From: Octopus sinensis
Lineage: Eukaryota
Direction of reading: 5' to 3'
NCBI RefSeq assembly: GCF_006345805.1
Contig: NC_043017.1
Location: forward strand, 23,188,001 to 23,252,000
Length of the DNA: 64,000 nucleotides
Program-made: the position numbers and the translations under genes
Notes under the pieces: generated by a model
The model's database searches: none
Told to the model about the DNA's origin: nothing
What the model saw: the letters and a program-made list of their open reading frames with translations, nothing else
In this document: positions 27,638-40,704 of the stretch, piece by piece
Numbering within the stretch: the stretch's first letter is position 1
Layout of the letters: the number at the start of each line of letters is the position of its first letter

Positions 27638-27864
27638 ATTTCTTTATTACCCACAAGGGGCTAAACATAGAAGGGACAAACAAGGACAGACATAGGTATT
27701 AAGTCGATTACATCGACCCCAGTGCATAACTGGTACTTAATTTATCGACCCCGAAAGGATGAAAGGTAAAGTCGACCTCGGCGGAATTTGAACTCACAAC
27801 GTAACGGCAGACGAAATACCGCTAAGCATTTTGCCCGACGTGCTAACGTTTCTGCCAGCTCGCC
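27638..27864 (-). mobile_element. SINE family A, full length
   Basis: Reverse complement matches the 4176, 42331 and 59331 copies over their whole length. Confidence 0.92.
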
Positions 27865-28929
27865 GAACCACTAGGCCATGGACCCTCACACACACACTCA
27901 TCCATTATGTATTTATGATATAAATGCCTACTCCTGCTGTTGCTGCTATATCTTTTGTTGTTGTTATCGTCGTTGTTGTTGCTGCACGCCCACGAAAGGA
28001 AACCTAAATAAGTACATATATTCACACGTGCATACATGTATACATGCATAGACACACATAAATACATATAAAACCACTTATTTGCAACAAACTTACAAAT
28101 GAACGTATATGCATAAACGTAAACACAAAAATGACATGACACGATTTCTTCCATAATTTTATCCACTGTAATTGTTATTGTTCGTGACTGAACACACAGC
28201 CATACAACCATACATATACATATACACACATACTGGCATGAACACGAGCGCGGGCATAGAAATACCTGCGCACGAGCACGCACCTCCCCATCCACCCCTA
28301 CCTCACCCCCATTTACCCACCCACCCCTACACAACACAACACACACAACGCACAAACACACAATCACACGACTAATAATGCATATTCACATATTTCGTCT
28401 GAATTTATGTTCTGAGTTCAAATTCCGCCGAGGTCGATTTTTGCTTTTTTATCCTTTCGATAAATTAAGTACCAGTTGCGTACTGGAGTCGATCTAATCG
28501 ACTGGCCCCATCTTCAAAAATTTCGGGACTTGTACCTAGAATAGAAAACAATATGCATACCCACACATACGTGAACTGTATTCATAATCTACACGGAACG
28601 TTTAGACATAAACAACCCGATATTTTTGTTATTTTGTTATTGTTACTCCAGCCTTATGGCCATCTAGATATATATCTGTCTGTGGTAATGTTGCTGCTAC
28701 TCACACACACATACAAACATATGTAAGTCTATATGTGTATGTATACTTACACAAATATCCGCTGGGATCTTTTCTAAAAGATCCATCCGGCTGTAATTAC
28801 TAAATAATAAATTGATGTATTCTGTTGCGAGAGTTCACACAGTTATTCATATAATATTTACAAACGTACCTATAAAATACACGCTCACATGTTACAAATA
28901 CATGTACAAATACATGTATACTTATATAC

Positions 28930-28970
<41 letters not shown>

Positions 28971-29137
28971 CGTATATTCACCGACTAAAATGCAAATCTA
29001 CAAACACATGAGATTACTACACGCGTACGCAATTCTAATCTTCGGAGACTGATAGATTTACAAACACACGCGGAAGAAATACTTGTATATGACCGTGCAC
29101 GCGCGACGACACACGCTCGCACACACACACACGCACA

Positions 29138-29191
<54 letters not shown>

Positions 29192-29329
29192 ACACACACA
29201 CCACACAAGTACGCGCGCCACAAACACACACTCTTGGAGAATGAGGGAGAGGGAAAGAGAGAGAATGACGTGCAAAGATTGTAACACACAACGCATACCC
29301 ATGCCACACACACACACACACACACACAT

Positions 29330-29650
29330 ACACACACACACATACATTCATACATATATGTGGGTGTGTTGTATGTTTATGTGTATGTCTTTGAGTGTGT
29401 GTGTGTGTGTGTGTATAAACACACTCAGACACATATAAACACACACATTCTCACACTCACATACGCACACAGACACACACACGCACATACACACACATAC
29501 ATACAGTCATACATATATGTGAGTGGGTTGTATGTTTATGTGTATGTCTTTGAGTGTGTGTGTGTGTATGTGTATAAACACACTCAGACACATATATAAA
29601 CACACACATTCTCACACTCACATACGCGCATAGACACACACACACATACA
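29330..29650. repeat. Tandem duplication of an about 159-bp TG/CA fold-back unit
   Basis: CATACATATATGTG recurs at 29349 and 29508 with the same downstream interruptions (GTCTTTGAGTG, AAACACACTCAGACAC). Confidence 0.85.
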
Positions 29651-29898
29651 CACACACACATACACACACATACACAGACACACGCACACAAACACACACA
29701 CAGACACACGCACGCACACATACATTCGTTCATAAAAACACGCGCTCGCGAGTGAGAGAGTGAGTGAGGAAGTGAGAGAGGTAGACAGACAGACAGAGAC
29801 GCAATACACAGACAAATAGACTCTCAAACAATATAAACATTGAAACAGATTATACATAGACATTCCACACATATACCACGTGCACACATGCATGCTTG

Positions 29899-29949
<51 letters not shown>

Positions 29950-30588
29950 ACACTCACACACACACACACACACACAAACACACACTTATATGCCACCTCT
30001 TCCCGCATAAAACTACACAAATCAATTGCAAAACTGAGTCAAAGAATGCCGCCGGCTCACTCGCCGGTTGTCTGCTCTCAGAGATTGTTACGATTCTTAC
30101 AGTGTGTTATTTACCGACGTGCAGTAGTAGCAACAACGTGCCACATAGCAGTATGCATATACAGCCTGCATATTCATACACACAGCAACAAACGGGCAAC
30201 GGAAGGGGCATGTTCACACATAGGCACATTCCAGTCGTAAACATTCAATATTGACCAACTGAGAGATTCTTTAATAAAGAGTCAAACCATATATAATAAA
30301 TGTGCGTGCGCATATACACGTTTATGATACGTGTGTTACGTATGCGTGTGTGAGCGCGCGCAGGCGGCCATGCATCTGTGAACACACGCTAACATGCGTA
30401 TGCACATATGGCCATAAGGACAATGTATTGTTGAACAAGTACATACAGGCCCAGACGGGGAGAAAAAGAGAAAGAAAGACAAACAGACCAGTGTAGACAA
30501 GACGAAAATGAGAATAGAGACAAATATATTTAATTTCGATACCGTGTGTGCGTGCGTGCGTGCGTGTGTGCGTGCGTGCGTGCGTATG

Positions 30589-30640
<52 letters not shown>

Positions 30641-30734
30641 TGTGGTGTGTGTGGGAGAGAGAGAGTTTGCATGTGTCTATGCGTTTGCACCTCTGTCGCA
30701 CTAACATTGTAGAATTTCTTCCGGTGCACTATGT

Positions 30735-31320
30735 CCTGGGTTCAAATCTCGCCGAAGTCAACTTTGATTTTCACCCCCTCCGAGGGCGATAAAGTACCAA
30801 TTACGAGCTAAGGTTACTGCAATCGACTCCCACTAAAATTCTTGGCCTTGTGACAAAATTTGAAACTAAGGCGATGAGTTAGCAGAATCGTTAGCACGCC
30901 GTGCAAAATGCTTAGCGATATTTCGTCCGTCTTTACGTTCCGAGTTCAAATCCTGCTGAGGTCGACTTTGCCTTTCATCCTTTCAGGGTCGATAAAATAA
31001 GTACCAGTTGAATACTGGGGCCGATGTAATTGACTCATCTCGCCCCCACAAAAAAAAAATGCGGCCCTTGTGGCAAAATTTGAAACCATTATTATTGTTG
31101 TTGTAAGGACGGTGGAGTGACAGACCCATTAGAGCGATGATAAAAAAAAATGCATTACGATTTCTTTTTCTGCCTCTTTACATTCTGAATTCGATTTCCG
31201 CCAAGATCAACTTAACTTTCAATCCTTTCGAGATCGATAAAATAAAGTAGAAGGTAAATGCAGTGGTCGATGATATCGACTAACTCACTCCGCTCAATAA
31301 CTACTGGCTTTGTGCCTAAA
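30735..31320 (+). mobile_element. Three head-to-tail diverged or truncated SINE family A copies
   Basis: Repeated GTTCAAAT..GAGGTCGACTTTGCCTTTCATCC..GTCGATAAA blocks near 30740, 30945 and 31185. Confidence 0.8.
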
Positions 31321-32208
31321 TCAGAAACCGTTATCATTTCGTTCACAAAGAACTATACCTGTGATGCAAAGGGTTTAGGGTTCTGCACCGAAGTACTTAC
31401 CAAACAATCCATTTTAACAAGTGCTTCTGCACAGAACTTTAGGATCTTGAATCATTGATGTATGTCTCGGTTATGAATAAAATAATATACTCTTATTTAT
31501 GAACTGAGTTCTATTTCTCCAGTTTGTATAAAGTAGCCACGAACCCCACTCCTATTCTCCCTCTCTCCCCCCTCTTTCTCAGTCGGAAACGGTTACACGA
31601 GGAGGTTAAAATGAAAGAATTCTAATCGTGATCCTACTAATCCTTTCACCACCCCTTTGTGGACACAAGAAGAAAGGTGGATTCCTGTGTTCCTCGCACA
31701 TGGGAAAACGATAAGATGGTCGCGATTAGAATGCATTTCATCATATTCCTGCTCGATGAAAGGGAAATTTGGTTAAAACAACAACACCAATAAGCTGTAT
31801 TATTAGCAGGAAATTGCAGGAAATTATTAGTAAAAAACTGTTCTAGTTTATGATTATCCATCGAATAGTTTAAATATTTCTGGGTAGCTTTCATCAAGTA
31901 CATAAAAATATTGCATTCCCGTTGAGTAATTAATGCTCGCTACATCTATATATATAAAGCTGAAGTTGTCTGTGTGTGACAGGTTTGGTTGCCTTCAACT
32001 AACACTATCTCCTCCGAGACCCTGCGGTGCAAGTTGACCAAAATTGAGAGTATGATAGAAGAAGGCTTCCACTCGACGGCACGTGCATATGTATGTACGT
32101 ATCTATTTATCTATCTGTATATGTGCTTGTGTGTGTACGTGCATGCGTGTGAGTGAGTCTGTGTGTATGGTGTGCGGTGTGTGTGTCATGTGTGCGTGGT
32201 GTGTGCGT

Positions 32209-32256
<48 letters not shown>

Positions 32257-33128
32257 CGTGTGAGTCTGTGTGTATGGTGTGTGGTGTGTGTGTCATGTGT
32301 GCGTGGTGTGTGTGTGTGCGTGGTGTGTGTGTCATGTGTGTGTGTGGTGTGTGTGTGTGTGTGTGTGTGTGTTTTAATTTTTTTTCCTTAATACTCTTAA
32401 AGAGCGATCTGCAATAATTCTTATAATTGTTATTTCCTTTTAATCATTTTTTTTTTCTTTGAAAATGTCAAATAAATGTGAAACTCATTATCTTATTCAA
32501 TAAGTATGTTTCTTTATCTCATACGAAAATATTAATTCGAAACAGAATTCTGGTGGCCATTCACTATACAACTTTTTCTATGATGGAGAAAATGCATGAG
32601 TGACCTAATTTTTTAAAAATAAATTAAGTACATCACTATACTTGTGACGATGTACGTATGCATGTATGTATGTATGTTTGTACGTACGTACGTACGTACG
32701 TATGTATGTATGTATGTATGTATGTATGTATGTATGTATGTATGTATGTATGTATGTATGTATGTATGCATGTATAAAAAATATATATAAAAATACAAAA
32801 TGGGACAAGAACGCAAAACACTCAAATAGACGACACAAAAAGCCTCTAATCTTCAGTCAAGAGCCGGATCATCCTCGCAATTTCGGCTGATTAATCTTGA
32901 GATCGCTCCGATCCGGCCAGCCCCAAGGAAAAACTAAGCTACGAGCATTAGATTTCTTGGAAAAAGGATCGAATGTATACGAAACAAGGACAAAAAAACG
33001 GACGATGCCACACAAATATAAATACAAAAAACAATAATAGTAATAACAGGACAAAAAACAGCGGGTGTCTTACGACTTTAGACAGTTCAACTTAGCTTAA
33101 CTGGCGTATTTGGAAAATAATGCCTTAC

Positions 33129-33460
33129 GGCAGACGAAGAAATCGATGTTGTCGTGGCGGTGCTCAGAAGCCGAGAGGCTAGTCGACCGGCGGTCACGTG
33201 AGAGGAGAAGAGAGAGAAAAAAGGGGCAAAGGAATCAAAGAGAGAGAGAGAGAGATATATGTATGTATGACAGGTCACATGTGAGCGTTACTGGTAACAT
33301 GCAATCCAATGCAGCCTGTTTTATGGTCAAGTTGACAACATTAAACTGCTACTCCTACAAGTTTAGCCAAGTGAGGAGGGTTGCTACAAATCAAACAAAA
33401 AAAAATCATTCGAAAAGACGGAAGAAATGGTTAATGTGCCATTATTTACCATGTGACAGA
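33129..33460 (-). promoter_or_regulatory. Candidate promoter with E-box cluster and short non-coding first exon
   Basis: GTCACGTGA 33193-33201, palindrome TCACATGTGA 33275-33284, CATGTGAC 33450-33457; CpG-rich segment ending in minus-strand donor GCC|GTAAGG at 33129/33128. Confidence 0.4.
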
Positions 33461-34696
33461 TGCTCCGGGAATTCCCCCCATTATGCCATCCGTGTTAATT
33501 CACGAAACTCCTCTATATATACATCTAAAGTTATTTAAGATCTGGTACTATGGCTTAGACTATTTTTCGGAGATGAGGTCTAAGATGACTGAAACATGTC
33601 CTAATTTGTCATCAAATTAATTTCCCATTGTAATTTATAATCAATTCTTATTAGTTTCAATTCCGTTTGTTTTCTTTGCCTTCCTTAGCCAGATTTAATG
33701 TTTTGGCTAATAATATTTGCTTCCTTTCCACGAATATAATTTTTATCAAATTAAAGTCTTTCAGCGTGTTCTCACTTTACTATTATTATGAAGTGCTGAG
33801 TTCAACTTCTTCGGTATGTTTGGAGAAGCAATCTAATAATGAACCTCATATTAGTGTTAATCCTTAATCTCGACTTTGCTTCTGGATTTGGACTCTGAAT
33901 TTTAGTCGACTCTACGTACGATGACAGGAGTAAAAATAATCCATTTTTCCTTAAAATTCCTCCTTACACATGTATCCACACCCAAGTAGATGTCCATCCA
34001 ACAAAGGATGATCTACGCCAAACTTTTTCGACAATCGACCCCCTTTAGCCACCTCTTTCTACATCGACCCCCTTTAGCCACTTCTCCTTCTGCATCAACC
34101 ACTCTCCTCATTTGAAATACCTTACCCTACCGTACCATATCTTAAATTCGTACCGGGCTGGCAATTAAAATGTTAGCTAAAATATACATGTGCGACAAAT
34201 CAAGAAATTCTATAGAAGATTACTCACTTTTCACATTTAAAACTACGTGTACGAGTATACAGTATTAAACTTTCAATTTTTATGAAATTGTTTTCACGGT
34301 TAGAAAATGTGGAAAAACGTATCATATTGTTGGAATAGTCTGCATCCCCTCAATCACACCTCTCAATCTTCGATTACGATACAGATTACGACATCAGGCC
34401 TCGAACGTTAGCAACAGCATAATTCTCGCTGTAGTGAAACTTTATCATGTTTTCCCACGTTTCATGGCGCTGACTATTTCAAGCAGTTCATCTGGGTGAG
34501 CTGGTCATTCGCACGCCTTCCCTCCACTCGATCCATTGGCTATCATCATCTCCCCCCCCTCTAAAATTGCTCACCGACCCGTAGGGGATCTCTTAGAACC
34601 CTTTGGCGACCCCCTGATCTACGTAGTCATTGAGGTGTCAGAAATAGTTGCTAAAACTCGTTCACACTGTCTAAAATAAGAAAAGCACGTTATGTA

Positions 34697-34930
34697 CAGG
34701 GTGGCCCAAAAGTAGGTTTACAGTTATTCAACTATCTCTTTCGCATTCATATATTAACAGTTTAGATCTTAATTATAAAAAAATATGAAACCATTATTTT
34801 ATGCTAATTTAGTTAATTTTCTCAAGCTACTTTTTCAGTTTGTAAGATGGAAATTTAAATATAATAAAATGTTTTGAAAGATTTTTAAAATGCCTACGTG
34901 ATAACTGCAAACCTACTTTGGGCCACCCTG
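34697..34930. mobile_element. Tc1/mariner-type MITE, 234 bp
   Basis: About 30-bp TIRs CAGGGTGGCCCAAA(A)GTAGGTTT(A/G)CAGTTAT; TA on both flanks (34695-34696, 34931-34932); AT-rich non-coding interior. Confidence 0.92.
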
Positions 34931-35719
34931 TAGTTTTACATATCTCTAAAACAAAAGCAACAAAAACATTGATTTTTCCCTATTAAAATTATCCTGGGGC
35001 TAAACAATAACAGCCGAGTAGAGATCGATCCAAGAACAAATCTTTTATATGGTTGCTCGAACTACTTGAAAATACTAACGAAATTTCCTTTGCGTTTTAA
35101 AAATGGAAATATCTATATCTACGTTGGATAAGATTGTAGTAGAAAAAGGATAACATGATAACTGAAAAAGGGTGAGATGATCACACCTGGAACGTTTCTG
35201 GTCATGGGCTTGTTGAAGCGGTGCCGACCTGGGGTTAAGCAATAAAAACAGCAGTAACTAAATAAGTATGCTCCTCGGCCACGAGAAACAGCCACTTTGT
35301 GTGAAACTTTTTCGTTTTCTTTTTTTTTTTCACTCTTGAAATCTTCCCATTAAAGAATCGCGAGCGAAGAAGAGGGAGAAAGAGTGAGGGGGAGACAGAG
35401 AGAGACAGACGGGAAGAGACGGACAGACAAACAGAGACAGACAACGAGAGACAGACAACGAGAGACAGACAACGAGAGAGACAGACAGAGGGAAGGAGGG
35501 AGGGAGCGAACTGCTATGTGCAAACTAGCGACTGCATTTATAGATTTTTTTAGCTTCAGGTCAACTCTTAGTAGAAAGACTGCATGCCTGTGGGCCACAG
35601 GTCATAGTGAGGGAATGAATGGGTTTTTGCCAATGAGTCAAGTCATTTTTTTTTGTGTGACGGTGCGATTAAAGGGTGGGGCATCAGCACTGATAAAAAT
35701 GGTTCAGGTTGGGTCTTAC

Positions 35720-35764
35720 CTTGTAGAGTAGTAGTTTTGAAACAGACAAATACCAGTCCGACTA
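35720..35764 (-). CDS. Candidate 45-nt phase-1/phase-1 internal exon (xVGLVFVCFKTTTLQx)
   Basis: Acceptor ATATTTTTTTAG| and strong donor AAG|GTAAGA; length a multiple of 3; hydrophobic signal-peptide-like translation. Parent gene unknown. Confidence 0.3.
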
Positions 35765-36802
35765 CTAAAAAAATATAAGTGAAAAATTTTATCTTCCCAC
35801 CTAAATAGTTTTTGCAGCCATATAATTCTTACATTTTGCTATGGTGCTGGAGAAGTTTAAAAAGTTTAAGCCATCTTGATTTTATTAAACATAACAATTA
35901 CTGCATCCAGGCTTTAATCCTCACAGCCCCATGTCCCTCCTCAACTACACGAGAAACATTGTTTTGGAACGGAGTTAACAATTTTCCGAGCTAAAATATA
36001 TTCAGTGACGAGTCTAAGGTTAAGATACTCTATGGTAAGGGTTTAGACTGATGATCTAATAGTAAGGATTATTTAAATATATCTATTTATTTTTACTTAA
36101 CTTAGTCAGTGAAGGAAGGGTAACTTGTGTGACTCTTTTCGGGGTCTTTGAATGCTTCCAACAGGGTATACTTTGCTAAAGGCATCTAAGGATAAGATAC
36201 TGTTACACAGGGTAGCGAATTAAATCATCCATCCAAGAATAGGACAGGTCTCTCTGACGTTTTTCAATATAATTTCTGTGCACCAAATTTCACTCTCAAT
36301 ACTATAAACAAGCCAATACTGATCTGAGACGCTTGCTGAAAATATCACTCAGTGGGACTGAAGTCGAAACCAGGTATTTTTGAAAACAGATTTATTGATA
36401 TGTAACTTTCCAGAACACCGACATCAAAATCTATCTTTGACCTTAAATATTATATTTGAGTTCTAACATAAAAACATAAGGCCAAACATTTGTGCAAAGA
36501 CATTTATAGTCCGGCATTCTGCTGTTTCTTCCACTCCACTACCATTCCCTTAAATGCCATTTTGGTTTTTAATTTTGACACAAAACTGTAGATTTGTAAG
36601 GAAGCACCATGGTCAGTTGAATTGATCTTATGAACTCCTGTGGAATTTGAAGTCAAAAAATGTAAGGGACACAACTAAAAACTGAAAAGCATTTAGTCCT
36701 TTAGTTCTCTTTTGGGGGTGTTCTACCGTGTCTGCCCCTCCACTGTCCTGTTCTTTCCTCTGATATTATCACATTAGGAAGAGATCACTAGGCTTTCGAT
36801 CT

Positions 36803-36840
36803 CAAAATGGCCGTCGGAATTCTCCTGTATATGACGTCAT
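36803..36840. promoter_or_regulatory. YY1-like CAAAATGGCCG plus perfect CRE palindrome ATGACGTCAT
   Basis: Motifs at 36803-36813 and 36831-36840 in a small CpG-containing patch. Confidence 0.25.
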
Positions 36841-37396
36841 CGACTCCAGTCAATGAAAGAAACAAGTTTCCAACATTCAGACCTCCCCTCCCTCTTACAC
36901 ACACACACACACACAAATTAACAAAAGAAAATATAAATTCCCCATGTGTATTAAACACGTTGTCAACGCTATATCGATTAGTTGAGGCGCTTGTCACGTT
37001 GGAATTCTACATTGAAACACTAGTCTCCCAGCTCTAATTCGTTTAAAATTCACCTTGCAAAGAAGAATTTTTGACAGTACGAGTCAGCTACTCAAAATAT
37101 TTACTTGCCTGTTGGAAAGGGAAAGAGAAATGGTTGTGTGGCGATGGTAGGAGGAGAAAGACATAAAGACGGAATACAATAAATAAAATGAATACATAAA
37201 TAAAATAAATAAATAAATAAATGAATAAATAAATAAATAAATAAATAAATATTGGGTCTTCTGTCTACGAATGCGAAAGTCACACAAATAATCGACGTAA
37301 TTCTTGAACCGTTAGTGTAAAAACAGATCCATTAGCAGAAGCCAATAACAGAGTACGTACGTACGTATGTATGTATGATGTTTGTATGTATGTATG

Positions 37397-37427
<31 letters not shown>

Positions 37428-37485
37428 GTATGTATGTATGTATGTATGTATGTATGTATAAATATATATTTATATATATATTTAT

Positions 37486-37560
<75 letters not shown>

Positions 37561-37617
37561 TATATATCATACACACAAACATACAATGTTCGTATGTGGT
37601 ATATATGTGTGTGTTTG

Positions 37618-37660
<43 letters not shown>

Positions 37661-37891
37661 ATATATATATGTATATATATATATATGTGTGTGTATATGT
37701 ATGTATATCCTTATTTGAATGCATATGCCTCTGTATCTAAACTCACTCCACAACATCCACTTAAAAATACCTAAGTACACACAAACATACCACACACACA
37801 CACACGAAAAGATGAAAAGAATGCGTTTATGGGTGGTGATGTTTGTGTGTGAGTGAGTGGGGGTGGACAGACGTATATGCATTTGCATACA

Positions 37892-37923
<32 letters not shown>

Positions 37924-38599
37924 CGTTCACGGGCACACACAGTGTGCAGTAAGTAAAGCGCCATTGAAAATGTTTTATATTGAATATTTGATAGACGCAG
38001 AGAAGATATAATGTCACTAGGTAAAGGCGGTCTAGAGGTGGCCTGCTTTGGGCAGCATTTTGGGGTGGGATGAGGGTTGAGGGGAGCGATATTTTTGATG
38101 TTTATTGTGTTTTTCCTGATGGGGAAGACAAACTCAAGAACCGCCCCTAGCGGCACAAGCTTTAGTTACGTCACTGCATGGTGTATTTACAAACGTGTGT
38201 ATCTGTGTGTGTGTGTGTGCGTAGTTATATATAATACATATACATTCGTACATATATTTTTATCTGTCCTCGCTTTGTGCACGGTCTGCATCTTCTATTT
38301 ATGCAACTGATTTGCTTTTTCAGTCAACGCATTACTCCATCTGATATTAGAAACCTATCAACAAGAACCAGGATCCGAAGGGCCCTTTTCCGATACGTAA
38401 AAAACCCGTAATAGGAGGCGGTATGTGAACTCAGACCGGCAAAAAACTGAAAATGATACCGCAAGGCATCTCGGCCAACGCTTTAACATCCACCAATAAT
38501 ATCCTATTTATAAACCTCCAAAGAATGTAAAGCAAAGTTGGCAATTAATATTGGTGGTATTTTAAGTGTGAGTATGGAGAATCGCAATAAATATTGCTT

Positions 38600-39250
38600 T
38601 TTATCTGCTCTTCTAACGTTACTGCCAATTGGTCATCTTCATGCATATGTATTTCTATTTTCTATTGAGTAAGAATGGCATCATGACTTTTGTAAGTCCT
38701 CATAGATTAGTGAGATTAATGCAATCATTTGGTGAAATCGATGCATTATGGTCGATTACTAGCTCTGAGGTAGAATGATTGGTAACTTGTCTCGTGTTGT
38801 TTATATGTTGTGACATTGTAGAGTTGAGGATAGGAGGGGAGGATGCTCAGGCGGTAGGAAGAAACCGGTGCTTGTAACCTGTTGGGATATTCTTGGTAAA
38901 TATTTTATGCAAAAACACGAGTATTACAAAATGTAAGATAAATTTAATGTAGTTAACCCGCGGTTTATAACAATTGCAAATACGTTTTGTTATCTTCCTC
39001 TCATAAAGAAACTATGGAGGTTATCCCAACATGCTTCATAGCTGACTGGTCACTCGTAAATACTTAATTACGCTAATGTTTGACATGAAAATTTGCTTAA
39101 CCATTTCGACTTCTTCTAGTTTGTATTTAATTTGAATACCGATTTTTATTAAGTTCTCTTCGTAGATAGAAGGGTGATGACGTTTACCCTCTGACGATAG
39201 TCGTATTGCCCTTCTGCGTACGAAGAAAATAACAAGATATGTGGATGTTA
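38600..39250 (-). mobile_element. Possible Penelope-like RT-thumb/GIY-YIG relic
   Basis: Two overlapping open frames of 60-70 codons with RRAIRLSSE and later SQHINN..ELVIDHN..ISPN, loosely like the PLE post-RT and endonuclease regions. Confidence 0.3.
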
Positions 39251-40158
39251 CCTGTGGATGGAGGTTTAAAAATGCAGACAGTATTATCTGCTCAGGAGTA
39301 TGTGTGGTTAGACATAAAAGCAGGAAAGATATTAAACTGTGGAAAATAGGTTTGAGAAAACGAATGAATCTTTGGGTTCACTAGAGTTAAAAGAATAGGG
39401 TCAGAGAGAAACATACCACCGCATGTAATGATAAAAAGAAAAGGGAAACTTCAATTCTAAATGTGAGAGACGAATGGAGTCTACAGACATGCAAAATTTT
39501 TTATCAGATATGGTTGAATATTCTGCAGTCGCTAAAGGTAATAACGTTATTTTCGTAGAAATTTTCAAGGACAAGTGACAACTATGATGTGTTTCGGAGG
39601 AGAATATGCCTCCGGTAGAAGGGAAAATTAGCGACTATTTCTGCATAAAGGCTTACTCGTTTGGTGTTCAGAAATCGAAAAAGAGAGCAACGAGGGAAGT
39701 TGGGGAGGGGGCAACAGATAGAAGATAGAGAAAAATGGAGAGATGGGGAAGCATATTTCAAGATAACAGCACTTTGAAGAGTCGAAAGAGCGTATCATGT
39801 GACAAAATGGAGAAAGTGGATGATATAATAATGGACGTGACGATCAGAAGAAAAACAAATTTTGCTTTTTTTTTTATGTTTTAATGATGTCATTTTGATA
39901 TTCGTTATATATTAAATATTGGGATCGAAATATGAGATAACGTCGGTTATTCTGACTAAGACATGATATGCAAAATTGAGGCTGTGCATGTTTATTTGTA
40001 TGCGTAAGTGTGCATGTCTATGTGTGTGCGTATATATGTATGTATGTGCGTACATTTGTGCAAGTGTGCGTGCACGCGCATACATTTAAAAATAGTATAA
40101 GTTCAAAAATGAGAAGTAAAAGAAAGAATGAGTATCATTACACTCTTTCAGAAGGAAG

Positions 40159-40206
<48 letters not shown>

Positions 40207-40506
40207 GGTATATTCGTCATCAGCAAAGAGAGGTGACGAAACAGTGAACATAGAAGTACAGAGTATTACGTAACCAAATCGAAAGAACAAATAAAGATCT
40301 TGTGGCCAACTCAGACAAGCAGGAAACTTATTTTATGATTTTGTGTTAAGTTTTAGCTGTTGTTTCATTTTGTTTTCGCTTTTGCAACGATACTTAAAAT
40401 TCAAAACCTTGGTATTTTAGTAACGAGAAACAGGTCACGATATATCAGGTGACTTGGCCCTGAATTCTGACCGATCACATTTCAGGTGCATCACCTGATC
40501 GCATGA

Positions 40507-40704
40507 TTTGAACGGAAATTTCCACGTAGTTTCCCGCCAAAACAGTAATAAATACAGACTCGCGAGACCAGTGCAGAGGTTTGAAAGAAAGCAAAGGTTT
40601 TCAAAGGCTTCAGAGAAGACAGACGATCAGGATTATTGGTTGGCCGCTCAACCTCGGGTTAAAAAGAATCACGTTGTCTACAACGAACATAGAACTTTCC
40701 CGCC
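40507..40704. promoter_or_regulatory. Candidate E2F/CHR/CCAAT cell-cycle-type promoter
   Basis: TTTCCCGCCAAAA 40530-40542, TTTCCCGCC 40696-40704, TTTGAA 40507, 40580 and (minus) 40600, ATTGG 40635. Confidence 0.3.

Noticed and set aside
32810-32960. Minus-strand GAAA ... CUGAAGA arrangement checked as a permuted hammerhead
   Set aside because: Stems I and II do not pair; only a weak stem III. Probably an ordinary interspersed repeat.
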